Assembly (NCBI GenBank): GCA_022813865.1
Contig: JALDZX010000001.1
Coordinates: 496,001-560,000, forward strand
Source: Xylographa opegraphella
Taxonomy: Eukaryota
Length of the DNA stretch: 64,000 bases
Direction: 5' to 3'
Of this stretch, positions 1 to 13,056 are shown piece after piece; within the stretch, counting starts at the first letter, position 1, and every line of letters starts with the position of its first letter. The translations under genes were made by a program, and so were the position numbers. The notes under the pieces were generated by a model that saw only the letters and a list, made by a program, of their open reading frames with translations, searched no databases and had not been told where the DNA came from.

Positions 1-1006
1 CGTTGCTGCATTGGAGGCTCTCCGAGCGCTCGTTCGAGACCCCGTCACCAAGACTTACGCCCTCCGACTTGACTACTCGTACTTCAAGCAATGTATTCAA
101 AGCTGGGAGGCCAAGAGCTACGTAAAGCTAAATCCAGACGCTCTTATTTGGACACCGTACATCATGGGCCGCGGTAATCTGGCACACTATGATCGTGCAC
201 CTGCTCTCCCGACTATCGCTCCCAGGGAAAGCGACGAGGAAGCCAAGGAGCTTGTCCCAGAAGAAGGTGTCCAGCAACAAATCAACCAAGCCAGCGAATC
301 GGATTTGCCATCAGCCTCTCAAATGAATGACGATATCTCCACGCTTGTCTCTTCCGCTGCTGAGAATAACTTCATACTCCTTGATCGCGAGCCCAGTCAT
401 TCAACGCAGCCCGATGCCCTGTTTACCCACATTCCCGCTCAAACACGTCATATAATCGGCAACTCCTCCGTCAACGGCGCCTACGCTTCATCTCCGCCAC
501 CAACCATCCCTCCAACACGCTACGAAGTCTTTCCTCCGGTCCCAGGGACCGTCTCCCGCCGGCGCGGCGGCTGGCGAGGCGGGCCACGCAAATCTGCTCT
601 CGGCACACCAGCCACGGCGACGCCCATGCGCAAAGGCGGCAAGAACTTGGGTGTTGGCAAGCCGGTAGGCAAACTAGGTGGAAAGGACGGCAAAAGTCCC
701 AACGGCAGCGATGGGAAAACACCACGTACAACCGGCCTCGGATTGGGCAAGGGTAAAGGAGCAAAGAGCCCGCGCGGAAAAAGCGACGCGGGCACTCCAA
801 CTGGCAGGCGGACGAGAAGTGCGGTAGAGAACGAAGAGAACGCGACTGAGAAGAAGGAGGATAGCGAGGAGGATGAGGTCGCGGTGGAGAATGATGTCGA
901 GGAAGAGAGCCGGCAAGATTTAGGAGATGTTATAGGAGATGTTAATGGACAGAAGATGGAGGTGGAAGATGCGATTGCGGAGGGTGAGGTCACGATGGAG
1001 GAGTGA
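1..1006 (+). CDS. SAS3: MYST-family histone acetyltransferase, Sas3/Mst2-like (3' part only, 5' end outside window)
   Basis: Frame is open from the window edge. 'LEALRALVRDPVTKTYALRLDY...YVKLNPDALIWTPY' resembles the end of the MYST domain of Pezizomycotina Sas3, followed by a disordered basic/acidic tail. Stop at 1004-1006. Confidence 0.75.
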   Translation, partial: VAALEALRALVRDPVTKTYALRLDYSYFKQCIQSWEAKSYVKLNPDALIWTPYIMGRGNLAHYDRAPALPTIAPRESDEEAKELVPEEGVQQQINQASESDLPSASQMNDDISTLVSSAAENNFILLDREPSHSTQPDALFTHIPAQTRHIIGNSSVNGAYASSPPPTIPPTRYEVFPPVPGTVSRRRGGWRGGPRKSALGTPATATPMRKGGKNLGVGKPVGKLGGKDGKSPNGSDGKTPRTTGLGLGKGKGAKSPRGKSDAGTPTGRRTRSAVENEENATEKKEDSEEDEVAVENDVEEESRQDLGDVIGDVNGQKMEVEDAIAEGEVTMEE

Positions 1007-1497
1007 GCACTTGTAGGCTGATGTACGAGTATCCGTCTCTGTTTGTCGGCAGGAGGAGTTATGGTAGATACCATGGGTGCGCCTTTGGGAAGATACTTGG
1101 GGCAGTTACTAGGGTGTGCGATTAAAAGGGTCGGAGAATACCCGGAAAGGACTGCGACGGGCATGTACATGGTTGCGATGAAGAAGTGAGATATTTATTG
1201 CCTCTCTACAAAGCTCCTTGGTTACAAGGAAGTAGAAGAAGTGTAGATTGTCAGTTAATTCCCCGGGTGACGGCAACCCTCGAGCAAAGATTACTTCATA
1301 CGCCCGGCACGATCCCGCTCCGGTCGTCATCACATAGATCCCGAAACTACCGTGGTATCATGTACATACTCCGTTCCAGATCATCCTGAGATCAATCCTA
1401 TGCGCGAAGATGATTCACCCAGAAATGACTTACTCCTGGCGGGTGGGTCCAACCCCCCCACTACCGGCCGGTGCGACACTATGCCCGTCCGCACCTC

Positions 1498-3671
1498 TCA
1501 AGCCTTGAGTTTCTTTTTACAATCGTCACAATACCATTTTTCTGTACTTGAGTCAATTTTGCGTTGGATAGAGGAAATTTTGGAATGGTGGACTTACGCT
1601 TCCCGGTTGGAGCTCTACTCAGTCCCACACAGTCCAGGTGAAACCACTCACGCTCGCAGCCGTTCATATCGCAGGCGACCATCTCGCCGTAACTGATTCC
1701 GTTACAGTAACAATATCGCAGCTCGTCTTCTTTACCATCGTCTTCTTCCTCTTCGCCTTGGATGCTGGAGGATACTTCGTCCTCCACTTGTGCTTGCTGT
1801 GCCGCAAGTAGTTGTTGCTGTGCGAGGATGCCCGCTCCTTTCTTGTGAGAACGTTTGACCGCGGGTTCGAGATTACGACCGGACCGGGGACGTGTAGGCT
1901 CAGGAAAGGACGAAGATATGGGTGTGGCTGTCTTGGACGCTTTACCACCAGTGCGGGTGGTGGATATCGAAGGAGGACGTTCTGCACGTGAGCGGGGAGG
2001 CGGCAGTATGTCTGGCTCTTCGCGCTTGAGATGAGTGCGATCGTTAGAGCGACTACTTGTGCGGACGTCTGCCTCTGGCTGAGGAGGATCTTCGGTTTTT
2101 GAAGGGGCGGCTTCTTTGGTAGGCTTGAAATCGCGACTTCCATCTGTCTGAGCATTGAAAACTCCATTGCCGTTTGTTTGTTTGTTCGCCGCATATGCTG
2201 ATAGCTGTGGTATGTTTTGTGTTGAGTTCTGTCGACCCCGTGTTGATTGCGACCGTTGCATGGCGCCGAGCGCTGGGCTATTTCCTCCTTTCGCTGCAGC
2301 GACAGCGAATGTGCCAACGATAGGTGACGAAGCCATAGCAGGCGAGTTGATGGCCGAGGCTGCCGTACCAGTTCTGAAAAAGGTGTTCCAATCAGCATTA
2401 CGATGCATATTCGAGGAGATTTTTACTTGCCTCCGTCGTCCAGTACCATTCGTGACTGTTCCAGCGCGTCCTCGTTTTTTGGCTATCTCTACCGCAGGAG
2501 TCTCCCTCGGGCTGCCTGCCGCACCTCGGACGTAACCTGCTGCCGGGCCAAACACTGCACTCAGTGATCTCTCCATGCCCAACCCACCCAGTGGACCGGC
2601 TGAGGCCGGTTTCTCAACCTTCCGCCTTTTATTAGGGGGGTTAGTCCCTGCAGCTGTTTGAACAGTACTGATGCCAAGTCCTGTTCCGTTAGAGACTGCA
2701 TGAATGTCTCCACCTTTTCTTCCTTTACCGTGGCCGGCGGGCTTTTTAGCTGCCCTTGAGTCGTCAAAATCGGAGTCGACGTGCTGAATTCGCTGCTTTC
2801 GAGCTGCAACAGCTTCCCTTCTTGCCTCACTTCTGAGCGCCGCAAGCTCTCCTTCATGTGTGGTTGCCGCAGCTGCCACTGCGCCACTGGCGATAGCAGC
2901 CTCTCGTCTCGTCCGTTCACCTGCAGTTGTGCCCTTTTTCTCTGCTGTTCTGTCCATGTATGCCCAATGATGAATATTGCCATAACGCGCCTCCTCGCTA
3001 ATTTCCTTGTCAATGTGGATATAAGAGCTGTTGCATAGCCTCAATTGCTTCTCAAGCGCGTCGGTGGCGGTGGACATGACGTGGTTCTTCTCGTCTAGGA
3101 TGAGTAGCTGCTCGCCCATCACATGGCGCAGCTGGTGGAATAGTTGACGTCGAGAATACTCAGCAATGTCGACGGGTGTAAGAGCTTCTTGGCGCACGAT
3201 TGAACCTTCTTGTGAATGCTCGGGAAGCGTAGTCATGCCCCCGACGGAACCCGCTGCGCTGGGGTTGGTTTTGGTGTTTGTGTGTGAGTTTAACGCGATG
3301 CTTCTGTGCGATATTAAATCCTTGCGAGTTGGAAGAGGCGTCCTTAATGCTGCATTGACGAGATGCTTGACCACTTCTTCAGGACCACAAATCTTAGCGT
3401 CCACTTCTTTCAACATAGTGAAATGTCTGATCATCTCTTTTGGTAGAGCACTTATCGAGTCCGTAAAATGTGTAATGGCCGGGAAGAAGCCAGGAGCTGC
3501 GCCCGTAGCACCATTGTCGTCTTGTGGTCCAACAAGAGAGCCCCGGCCGGGAAGTGGGCGGACGGCGGTATTAGCATTTCTAGGAGGATTGGTGCGTGCT
3601 TGACGTGCAGGCTGACGTCTGCCCATAGTAGCTGATGGCTCAACAACCGCTGTGGCAGTGGAGGACTTCAT
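1498..3671 (-). CDS. PHO23: ING-family PHD finger protein, Pho23-like (Rpd3L subunit)
   Basis: N-terminal ING domain 'FFPAITHFTDSISALPKEMIRHFTMLKEVDAK' is Pho23-like. C-terminal PHD 'YCYCNGISYGEMVACDMNGCEREWFHLDCVGL' is completed as 'KWYCDDCKKKLKA*' after removing GT-AG intron 1542-1597. Probable GC-AG intron at 2374-2430. Confidence 0.85.
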
Positions 3672-4610
3672 AGTCGTGGCGCGCAAGCTGTGTCGATTGC
3701 TTGGTTAGATTTGGATGCTTCTCCGTGCGAAGACCTTCTCAGACCCAGAGAAAGCGGGTTGAGGTGGTTTCAAAGTGGGCCAAAGAATCCCGAGACACAA
3801 CGAACGTGATGGAGAACATGACAAGTCAAGCGGAGTTGTGAAAGGCTTGTGAAGGTCCCAGACTTGACCAGAGGGGAGATTTGGGCGCGGACCCTTCTCA
3901 CAGCGATTAACCATCGGAGGAAACTCAAACTTTTGACCGAGGATACGTCAGACCACGCGCTAACACTTAACCCTACGAGCCTACTCACGGGCTCGACGGG
4001 CTAATACAAAAGCCGCACCCCCGTACCCTTGAGGTTCCGCGTTTCGTAGTAAGTACTTCTACTGCATAGAAGCTATTGGAGAACTTTCGGATCAAGGAAT
4101 TCTGTGGTCGTTCGAATTTATTGTTGATGTGAAGCGACGTGTCTGGTTGGGCAATACAGTTTCGGTGATCTGTAATGGGCGCCATTCAGAAATTGCCAAC
4201 TCGTTCTGATAAGCACTTTAACCTCTAAAGCTCGAATGTCGTTCAATTGATGTGCTGTGGACTCCAAAAATGAGGAATACTGCAATGAATAGCTTTGACC
4301 TTGGTGTCATCAATAAGCCGACTACCTTGACAACACGAACTTTGCATTGTTGTTACGGGGCCTCCACTCTAGTATCTTGGTTTTAGTGATATTGACTGAC
4401 ACAAAATGGCACTTCTCAATTCACTTCTCACTTTTCTCGGGTCCATTTCTATGCAACTATACGATACAATTTTCGATCGATAGTATACGATCGGGAGACA
4501 GATAATTATGCTCAAGCCCTATTTCGTATGCGCTCTATTACGCTATATCATGCATCCAACGATCGCGTTACAATGTACTGCCGGATATTATTGGATCATC
4601 AGGCGCCCGC

Positions 4611-5945
4611 TCAAAGACCCACATAACCTGCTCTTGGGTTTCTTACGCCCCCAACTTCCTCCATGTTTGGGACAACCCTGGGATGCAAGTTATAATCATC
4701 TGATTTCTCCATGCCACAGCAAACATAGCAGAACAACAGACCAAATTTCTCCCATTTACTGGTGGTCTCCTCACCAGTTGGCAATTGTGACTCCGTGCTC
4801 TCGACTGCAACATTGGGCTCGTGTGAGGACGGGTGGGAAGATCGGACAACCGGACTCCGAGCAGCACTAATGAGGGACGTTGGTATCGGAGCTTGAAAGT
4901 TCTCAGGGCGATGAGCTGATTCCAGATTTGCGCCTAGCAAGCCTCCCAAGTCCTGCAAGACGGGCTGCTCCAATCCTCTACCTGCAGTAGGCGCCGCGCT
5001 GCTGGTATGAGCAAGATCATCCATCCTCGATGCCGTAGCAACAGGAACGTTTGCAAACGGAGCAATATGTAGTGGATGAGCAACTGGACCTCTAGCCCCA
5101 AGTGGTCTGGCATTACCGGTATGTCCACTCTGGCTCGGCCTCCACCTCCCACGTACGAGAACCCCATCCTCACCTCTCATAAGTGCGCCTTGTGGCAAGC
5201 GGGCTGTCTGCGCAAGCCATTGTCGTTCTTCTGGGGTTTTGTTTCGCCGAAATAGACCACGAAAGTTGGTGCTTGGATATGGTAACCGATAGGCGACTGC
5301 GGCTGGGGTGTTGAATTTTGGGATTCCAGGGGGTGTGGGCATGCGAGGTGGAGGAGAATTCGAGGGTGCCACTGGGTATACTGGTTGTGGAAGGTGAGGT
5401 ACAGCGGCTGCGGATGAAGAGGAAGAAGAGTTCTTGAAAAGCCGTGACGAGCGCCGGAAGAGGTCGAGGTCGTCGAGACTGAAGGAGAGCTTGTGACTTG
5501 CAGAGAAGGACTTTTGAGCTCGGAGAGTGGCGATGCTTTTCTGCTCCGTGATGGTCTCGAGTGGGGTTGGAAGATGCAGGGACCGTGCAGCAGAATTGGC
5601 AAGAGTGCTGGCGGGCTCCGTCTTGATGGCTTTGGCCGAGACAGACGGTTGTGACCTGCTACCTCCCGTGACGAATGTGCCAAGCCAGGCAGCTTTGCCA
5701 TCTGAGTTCTCGTTGCTCGCATCACAGAAGAGTGCTTCGAAAATGGAGCTATGGGAGCTTGGTAGCGATTCCGAAGAGTCGGCTTCAGCGTGCAATGCTC
5801 TGGTCGAGGTTTTGCGTCGTAAGATGTTGGGCCAGGCCGTCTTGATAGTGTGGGCCGATGCAACTGCGACATAGGTGTTGAGATCATTCGTGCTTTCACT
5901 AAGAGGCGGACGGTAACATGAAGGTGGTATTGCTTCTATAGACAT
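4611..5945 (-). CDS. Hypothetical S/P-rich protein with C-terminal Cys cluster (LLFCYVCCG)
   Basis: Uninterrupted ORF of ~444 aa from ATG 5945 (MSIEAIPP). No recognised domain. Confidence 0.6.
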   Translation of the reverse strand: MSIEAIPPSCYRPPLSESTNDLNTYVAVASAHTIKTAWPNILRRKTSTRALHAEADSSESLPSSHSSIFEALFCDASNENSDGKAAWLGTFVTGGSRSQPSVSAKAIKTEPASTLANSAARSLHLPTPLETITEQKSIATLRAQKSFSASHKLSFSLDDLDLFRRSSRLFKNSSSSSSAAAVPHLPQPVYPVAPSNSPPPRMPTPPGIPKFNTPAAVAYRLPYPSTNFRGLFRRNKTPEERQWLAQTARLPQGALMRGEDGVLVRGRWRPSQSGHTGNARPLGARGPVAHPLHIAPFANVPVATASRMDDLAHTSSAAPTAGRGLEQPVLQDLGGLLGANLESAHRPENFQAPIPTSLISAARSPVVRSSHPSSHEPNVAVESTESQLPTGEETTSKWEKFGLLFCYVCCGMEKSDDYNLHPRVVPNMEEVGGVRNPRAGYVGL

Positions 5946-6373
5946 GCTGAATAGTGATTTATGCTTCTCGAATAACTTTCTATCGCTGAAAACTGCGAGA
6001 AGAACTATCGGTGTCCAAACTTCTGATACAAGTACAAGAGAAATTTGAACGCATAGAGTCATTTTGTACAAGACACTGGAAGAGAAACCATAATCCGAAC
6101 AACGCACTTGCCAGTCTCAGCGATTTTACCTCTGCAATGACGACCCAGACTTCCAAGAACCTAAAATCAGAATCACAGAACTGTTCCAGCCCGGCTTTGA
6201 GACATTGCAACCATTTGTACAAGTGTAAACTTCTATGGCTAAATACTTCCATCACTTAAAAAAATGGTTTCGGTAAGATATTCAAAACTGGTGTCTTTTC
6301 ATCAAACAAGGTCACATTCAGGTCCATGGTCATAAGTCATGTTTGTAGAATTCGTCCTCGCCATTACCGAACT

Positions 6374-9141
6374 TCAGGACCTCGTCGAAGGCAATCTGGA
6401 AGGTACTGGCTCTTTCTTTAGGGCCCGTAGTTGAATTTCTAGCCTTCGCCGCTCATCTTGTTCCGCCTAGGTGAATCATTAGCTTAAGTGTATACAGCAT
6501 CTTCGTTTGTAGAACGAACCCTCAGGGCCTTGGCATGTTCCGCTCTTGTTTCTCGAATCATTTTCTTGAACTCGTTTTTCAGTACCATCGTGCTAGTGTT
6601 TGCAACGGTTCCACCTTCTTTGGATCCCCCTGGATTCCTTATGCCAAGCATTTGCACTTTTTCCTCACTTAATTGGGTATCTAGTGCTTCGACACGATCG
6701 CGTAATGTGTCAACGACGGCCTCAAGCCGTTCCCGTTCTCTTTCGTGATCAATGCTGGCCTTAGTCATCGCTTCATAGTCACCAATTGTGTCACTAAGCT
6801 CATCCTGAAGGGCATTGATCCGTGATTGCAGCTCTGCATTTTGGTATTCATGGGAAGCATTACTGGCTTTCAACAAGCCCATCTCAGCTGATAAAGACGA
6901 ATTTTGCGACTTCAGAGCTTCAAGTTCTCGATGTATAGCGGGATCCGCAGCAACCTCGGCCGCTCGCTGTGCTCGTGTTCCGTAAGCACCATCAAGTTCA
7001 GCTTTCGCAAACGTGAGTTCAGTCTGTAAACGCACAATTTCCCCTTCAAGGGCTTTTGTTGACGTTTCCCAGTTTGTAGCAGCACGAGACTTCTCTTCAA
7101 AGTCTGACCTCAGCGTCAAAGCGTTTAGCTCTATCGCTGCAGTAGTCTCCTTGCTCTCATCAAGCTGTGCTATAAGTCGCTGCATCTTCTGTTCTGTAGC
7201 ATTTTCGGCCTGGATTCTTGCTTCTTTCTCAGCCTTTAACGCTTCGCTCGCTTCCAGACTCCTCCGCTGATCTTGTAGGATCACTGCCTGTTTCGCAGAT
7301 TCTAGCTCCAACTTAAGAGCTGCCAATTCGTCCCTATGGATTTTTGCTTCCGCAATCTTCCTTTCAAGCTGCTGATTAGCATCTTCGATTTCTTTTCGCA
7401 TAGCGTTCATGCGAGTGTCCTTTGCTGTATCTGCAGTATCATTGAGTTCACGTTGTTGTTGGACTTGCCGCGTAAGTACAGCTTTGTGGTCTGACAATTC
7501 GATAGACCGTGCGTGGAGTTCCTGAACTTTGGCGGAAAAGGCTTGTAAAGAGAAATCATCACTGGAAAGATCATCGAACCCTTCGTGGCCCAGGTCTTGT
7601 TGATGCAATGGGGAATCTGACGCAGTCAATGTGTCCCAAAGACTACCAATCACTGAAACGTATTGCTCGGCTCTTTCTTGGTAATTCGAGAGCTTTAACG
7701 ACGAGGCATTAACTTCTTCAACAAGAAACCTTATTCGCCGTCCAACAGCACGCAGTCCACCCTGAAGATAGTCAATTTGATCTTGCAATCCTTCTCCAGA
7801 AGCTTCAGGAGGCGGGAAATAGTTTTTGTTCTCATCCTGGTTATTTTGATTCATTATGTCGTATAGTTGGCTATTCAGTGTCTCCAGCTTCTCCTCTACT
7901 GCAAGGTCAGACATCTGAAAGACTGTTGTTGGGTTGGCTCGTTGCTCCTGTCCTTGTAGCTCGTGCATCGCGTCGAGACACTGATCGAGAAATTCTATCT
8001 GTTCCCACAAGATATCAGTTGGATTGGCGGGGTCATCAGCGAGATCCCGCGGCGGCTGAGGGAGATCCTCTTTACGAGGCTTTAACTCTAGGATCATGTC
8101 TCGAAGTCGAGCATTAAGATCCTCTACCCTAGTCTCAATTTCGATAATCATGAGGTTATGTTGCGCAAACTCAGTACTCGTAGTGATGTTGAGCTGACCA
8201 TTGGAATCTCCAGTGTCCATACCGACCTGCGAGTAAGGTCTATAGTAGCTCTGATCCCCGAATTCTGCATTTTCAAGATCTGTATGGACACTAGTTGACG
8301 TACTGTGCCCATTCTGCTGTGGTAGATCCATAATTTCTTTCTTAAGATACCCCTTGTGCGTCATCTGCAATACACCAGCGGTATGTTCCAATAATCTCCT
8401 ATTCAAATCCTGCTCCTGTTGCTCAAGCTCCCATATTTCCATTGCCAGCTCTTCAAATTTCCTTGTATTCTCCTGTAGCTCATCTTCAGTTCTTTCCAGG
8501 ATACCACTGCCATCCCCTTTACTACCTAGCCGACGGTGGCCTTGTGGTGCACTTGATGATCCACCAATGCCAATGACTCGGCTTTTTGACGAGTTGAGTT
8601 TATTGATTGATTGGGCGGCATCACGGAGCTTGGTCTCCAAGGCGAGCTTCCGTTTAGCGGCATGAATGCGTCGTGTGATGTCAGAAAGCTCCTTCTTCAC
8701 TAGATCTATGTCCTCAGGAGATAGCACTTGGTAATGCTGGCTATCACCCATTGCAGTCTCCATAAGGAGATGCATGGAAATTGGGTCGTCGACATTCCAT
8801 TGCCCAGGTCGTGGTTTCAGCTGGATAATTTATCAGCCCGGTTCTAAAATGTACTGCTCTGTGGATAGCGACTGACCGAGTCACGATAAGATGATGCTTC
8901 TTTCACACCGTCCAACAAGGTCTTGTATCCATCAATCAGTACATTTGCTGGAGGCCTAGTGTGAGAGACTGAACTAGACCTGGACTCGTGGCTGGAGCTG
9001 TAGGAGTACTTGCGAAGTACACTATCACCCATGATCGTGGCTAGACCTAGAGAAGCAACGCAGATTGAAAAGAGATTAATGTTGAGTTCTCCCACCAGGG
9101 GCTTTTCTCCAGGAAAATTATTGCGAACCGTAAGTAGACAT
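6374..9141 (-). CDS. Uds1 (up-regulated during septation) domain coiled-coil protein
   Basis: 'HLLMETAMGDSQHYQVLSPEDIDLVKKEL...RKLALETKLRDAAQS...LLEHTAGVLQMTH' is Uds1-like, followed by a long coiled coil. Introns 6467-6519 and 8821-8876 restore the frame. The 5' exon and start (9141) are tentative. Confidence 0.75.
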
Positions 9142-9640
9142 CACGGCTCTGGAAAAGGTATCTTCAGTTCATTGCGCCCACATGTTGATCCGAGAATTTG
9201 GGAGTTGTTATAACTTTCAGAAGTGTGAGAAACGTGTTGGACATTTCATGCTGCACTAATAATAATACGTAGTTACCATACTGTAAATCTGCAACTTCAA
9301 CCTCCTTTAAATCTGCGCTAGTAGCCAAGCTTCGAACCTATGAATACTTTCGAGCTTCATCAAAAATTTCAGCACCCTTCCTGAGTGATTATCAATTCCA
9401 CAAGTTGTGGAGTCGTCAGGCTAGTGATGTCAAAAGAAATTGAAAGTGCTAAACCAATTTCGAGGTATTGGTGTCCACCAGCGGTCGGCATCTCCCAAAA
9501 ATCTCATCCACATATGCACATTTAGCACTTCCAGTTCATCCTATTAGATACCATGTTGTGAACTGGAGATGTTATAACCGGCAATCTTGGAAGCCTCTAA
9601 GAGCAGGTATATTATGCGAAGGTTGTTAAATCAGTTGTCT

Positions 9641-10587
9641 CTAAAAGGCCCCACGAAACTGATCTACTATCGCTCGTCCCATGCCTCTTCTCTGGGTCAA
9701 TCGCTCATCTGTCCCGTCTCTGCCTTCGACTCCACTGGCTCTTCCTTCACCTTCTAGCCGTCTCCTTAGTCCTTCGAACCCCTCTCCTTCCTTTCTTCCT
9801 CCTACAATCCAGTAGGGCAGCCTCCAGCCTATGATCTTTTCTGGTAATATTTCGTTCCTCCATGCTACACCGATACCCCATCCTACAGCAGCTTCTAAGA
9901 GGCTCCCTGGAAGTTGTGAGAGTGCTAATTGCGATGCTAGAAGATACGTAATTGATTTATCGCTGAACAAAATACCTTCCGGAGTTTGGCTTGAGGAAGT
10001 CAACGTGGAGGTCGCGATTCGGTATCTGTACACATGTGGAATGGATGCGTGATACTGAGCCAGAAGCGCGAAGATAAGGGGTGTGGGTCCAGCAGGAAGA
10101 TTGTTGATAAAATTGAGAGATAGGGGCCGAACCACCAGAGCCAACAGAAAGGGTGGAATCAGGGTCGTTGCTGGGTAGAGAGTGACTAGGAAAGACTGCT
10201 CATATTATCAGAATCATTGTAAGCTCGTGAACTGTGTCGGGTCATTGTAAGAAGATTACACACTGCGAATTTCTGGGAGCCCCAAAGTCGTTCAATTATC
10301 CTCATATGGTATATTGTTAGCGTTGCAAAGAGAACCTCAGTAGAATTTGTGTAGCATGTCTAAAGACTATTCAGCTTGACCGCATCATATAGGATTCTTA
10401 CATTGGGGGTATCACAAACCTGCCACACCAACAGTCTCCACGCCTGTCTGTAGCGCCAGAGATGGGGTACAACATTGATGTAGAACAAATACTTCGAATC
10501 GGTGATACTGACAACAATTGAAGACGCTATAATACCAAAAAGGAAAGCTCTTGAAATGTCTGCACCTGCGAATCCGGAGGAAAGCAT
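9641..10587 (-). CDS. DSC2: DSC E3 ubiquitin ligase complex subunit 2 (rhomboid-like pseudoprotease, Dsc2/Ucp14)
   Basis: Exons 10587-10420, 10359-10264 and 10195-9641 give 'MLSSGF...PHLWRYRQAWRLLVWQ-TCYTNSTEVLF...YHMRIIERLWGSQKFA-SFL...LPAGPTPLIFALLAQY', typical of Dsc2. Confidence 0.8.
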
Positions 10588-11036
10588 TATATTGCAGTCA
10601 AGGCAAGATTTGGAAGTGGCGACACGATTGCTACGGTTCAATGTTCGCAGACAAGAATTAAGATGTTATTCTCTTCTCTGATAAGAGTTATCAAGATTGT
10701 GACGGCTCGGTTACTAGAACTTCGTCCATTGAAAGAATATTCCCAGAAGAAATTCAGTGTAAAGAGAGGCCTGTTTTCGTTATGGTTACACTAAAAAGGT
10801 ACACAGTCTCGACAGTATACAGTACCGTGGATCAAACGCCAAGACCAGGGCCGTTCGGCGAGTTCTCCCGAAGCCGAACTGTTTCTATTGGACGGTCTTG
10901 TCACGGATTGTTTACTTTCGCAAAGTCCTGATCTGTGAATTCGGATCAATTAATGCTATTCCAGCATGCGTCGTCAAGTCACAACTATATGTGATATGTA
11001 TCTGCATCTCGACTATTTCCAATGCTTGTCCAAAAA

Positions 11037-13056
11037 ATGAATTCTGATGCTGAGCAGATTAGCTCGCCCTCACCATTGTACCTGTAAGTATGGGACCCAT
11101 AATACGAACCTTGCTGATGTAGCATGTCAGGCAATGCGATGATATTACGTTCACCTTCGGTTCTCAGACACTATCTCGGGTGCCACGCGCATGGGACCGA
11201 GAACCGAAAGCACCATTTGCACCTACCACTAAACGACGTATAGTATGGAAGAGATACGGATTACGGTCAACAGCGTTGGGGGACGCCAAAAGCACACCAT
11301 TGGAGCTTGAGGCATCAGAGGCTGCGATGCGTCCCCGAGATGTGAAGCGCCTGTGCGTCAATCGAAACTGCGCTCTTCAGACGCTAGTGCAACCGCATAA
11401 GCAGACTCAGTACCTTGCGACTTTACAGGACAAGGTACTCGGAACTCCTCGACGTAAGTCACCCATCAGCAGAGACAGACGGGCAGCCTTAGTGACGTAA
11501 CCTCCGTGGAAATAGGAAAAGCAGCGCAGCAGAAAAACCTAAGACACAAATCTCCAAACAAGAGTATTCCGGCTAATGTCAGCTTTGACATTTCTTTTGT
11601 GGTTGATGAGGAGGAAGTGGCAGAGACCCAAGAACAACACGAAGGTCTGAAAGAAGGTGTAGCAGAAATAAGCTCTAACGATGAAACACAAACATCGCGT
11701 CTATTGCACCATTCCAGACATGATAACGAGAGCCCGGGGCTCGCAAGCTCGGTTGAGACGAAGCGCTCAGTAGATGTGAGGCTTTTGGAGAATTCAACAG
11801 CGACACACAACCACGAGGAGCAATCAGTGGGCACGGAGACAATCATAGATATCACTAAATTAGGGGGAAACCAATCATCTGAAGTACTGGTTCAAGAATT
11901 ACAATCTATAAGTATGGGACCCGCAGTTGGCGAAAATATCCTTAACGGCGTTCACACGACCTTGGACGCTGTTCAAAGTCGAGGCCGCTCAAACATGGTT
12001 GATCTACAATCAGAAATTTCGAGAGACGCCGGAGATGTCTCTGAGTGCCTCGAGGGGCCTTTGCCACCAACTGCCGCACCATTAAGCCTTACAAGCCTTG
12101 TTGAAATATTGACGGAAGCCAGAGTGCACGGCGAAGATGAGACTTTTGACCTTATAGCTACACAGCTCAAAGCACAGGAATGCGAAAGTCCCATCATACA
12201 AGCCCGCATACCTGAGGCACTTGGGACTGAGGAAACGATGTCGCCTGACTTACACTCTTCCCTTCCAATGAGACGGACCAGATCTGGAGCTAGATTTAGT
12301 GACGAGACGAATATGCTTAAGGACTTCCTAATTCGGGCTCATGCCAAAAAAGCGACCAAATCAAAGGAGCTTGACCCTATCTCATTTGTTGGTGGCGAGT
12401 CTCCACGAAGATCTCCTCGCAAGGTTCTTGGGCATCTGGACAAAAATTCTCCCTCTCACACCCAATCACAGGATTTAAGCTGTAGCTTGAATACTCCACT
12501 TGATAATGATTCCTTGGATCTCATGAATAGCAATGACGGCAATGAGAAGCTGCATGAAGAGTCAAAGTTGCGTCGACGAAGTGCACGCAGCTGCATGATC
12601 ATGCCAGAGAAGACCGCATTAGGCCCCTTGTGTTTCATTCCGGTACGACGGCTGGAAGGATCGGGACCTGTTGTATTACAGAAGTGGGCCGCACAAGAAC
12701 TAGCGATTACCACTCGCGCCAACACGAGACACAACAAAGGTTTGTCGAAGCTTCCGAAATTTATGCTGGAGACTTTGACTACAGCTGTCATCGAAGATAC
12801 TCCAGTGAAAACGCGTGAGATACGGGCAGCCAAATCGGTAGACTGGGACAAGAATCTGGTGTACTTCGAACAACCTCGGGATAGGAAAGTGGGGAAGAAG
12901 AAGAAAGAGGGGAAAGTGGAGGTAGGGCGAGGAGCGAAGAGTTTTAAGGAACTAGGGGATATCAGTGGTATACCAGCCCCAAAGAGCGTCGTGGGCAAAG
13001 CAAATCCTCCGAATGGAACGCCGGCGCCTAAACGACGGGGAAAGAGAGAATCATGA
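11037..13056 (+). CDS. Hypothetical, largely disordered fungal protein
   Basis: GTAAGT introns at 11084-11130 and 11454-11515 join three ORF pieces in frame. Motifs 'VPRAWDREPKAPF', 'RRTRSGARFSDETNMLKDFL', 'ELAITTRANTRHNKG'. Basic C-terminus. Confidence 0.65.
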
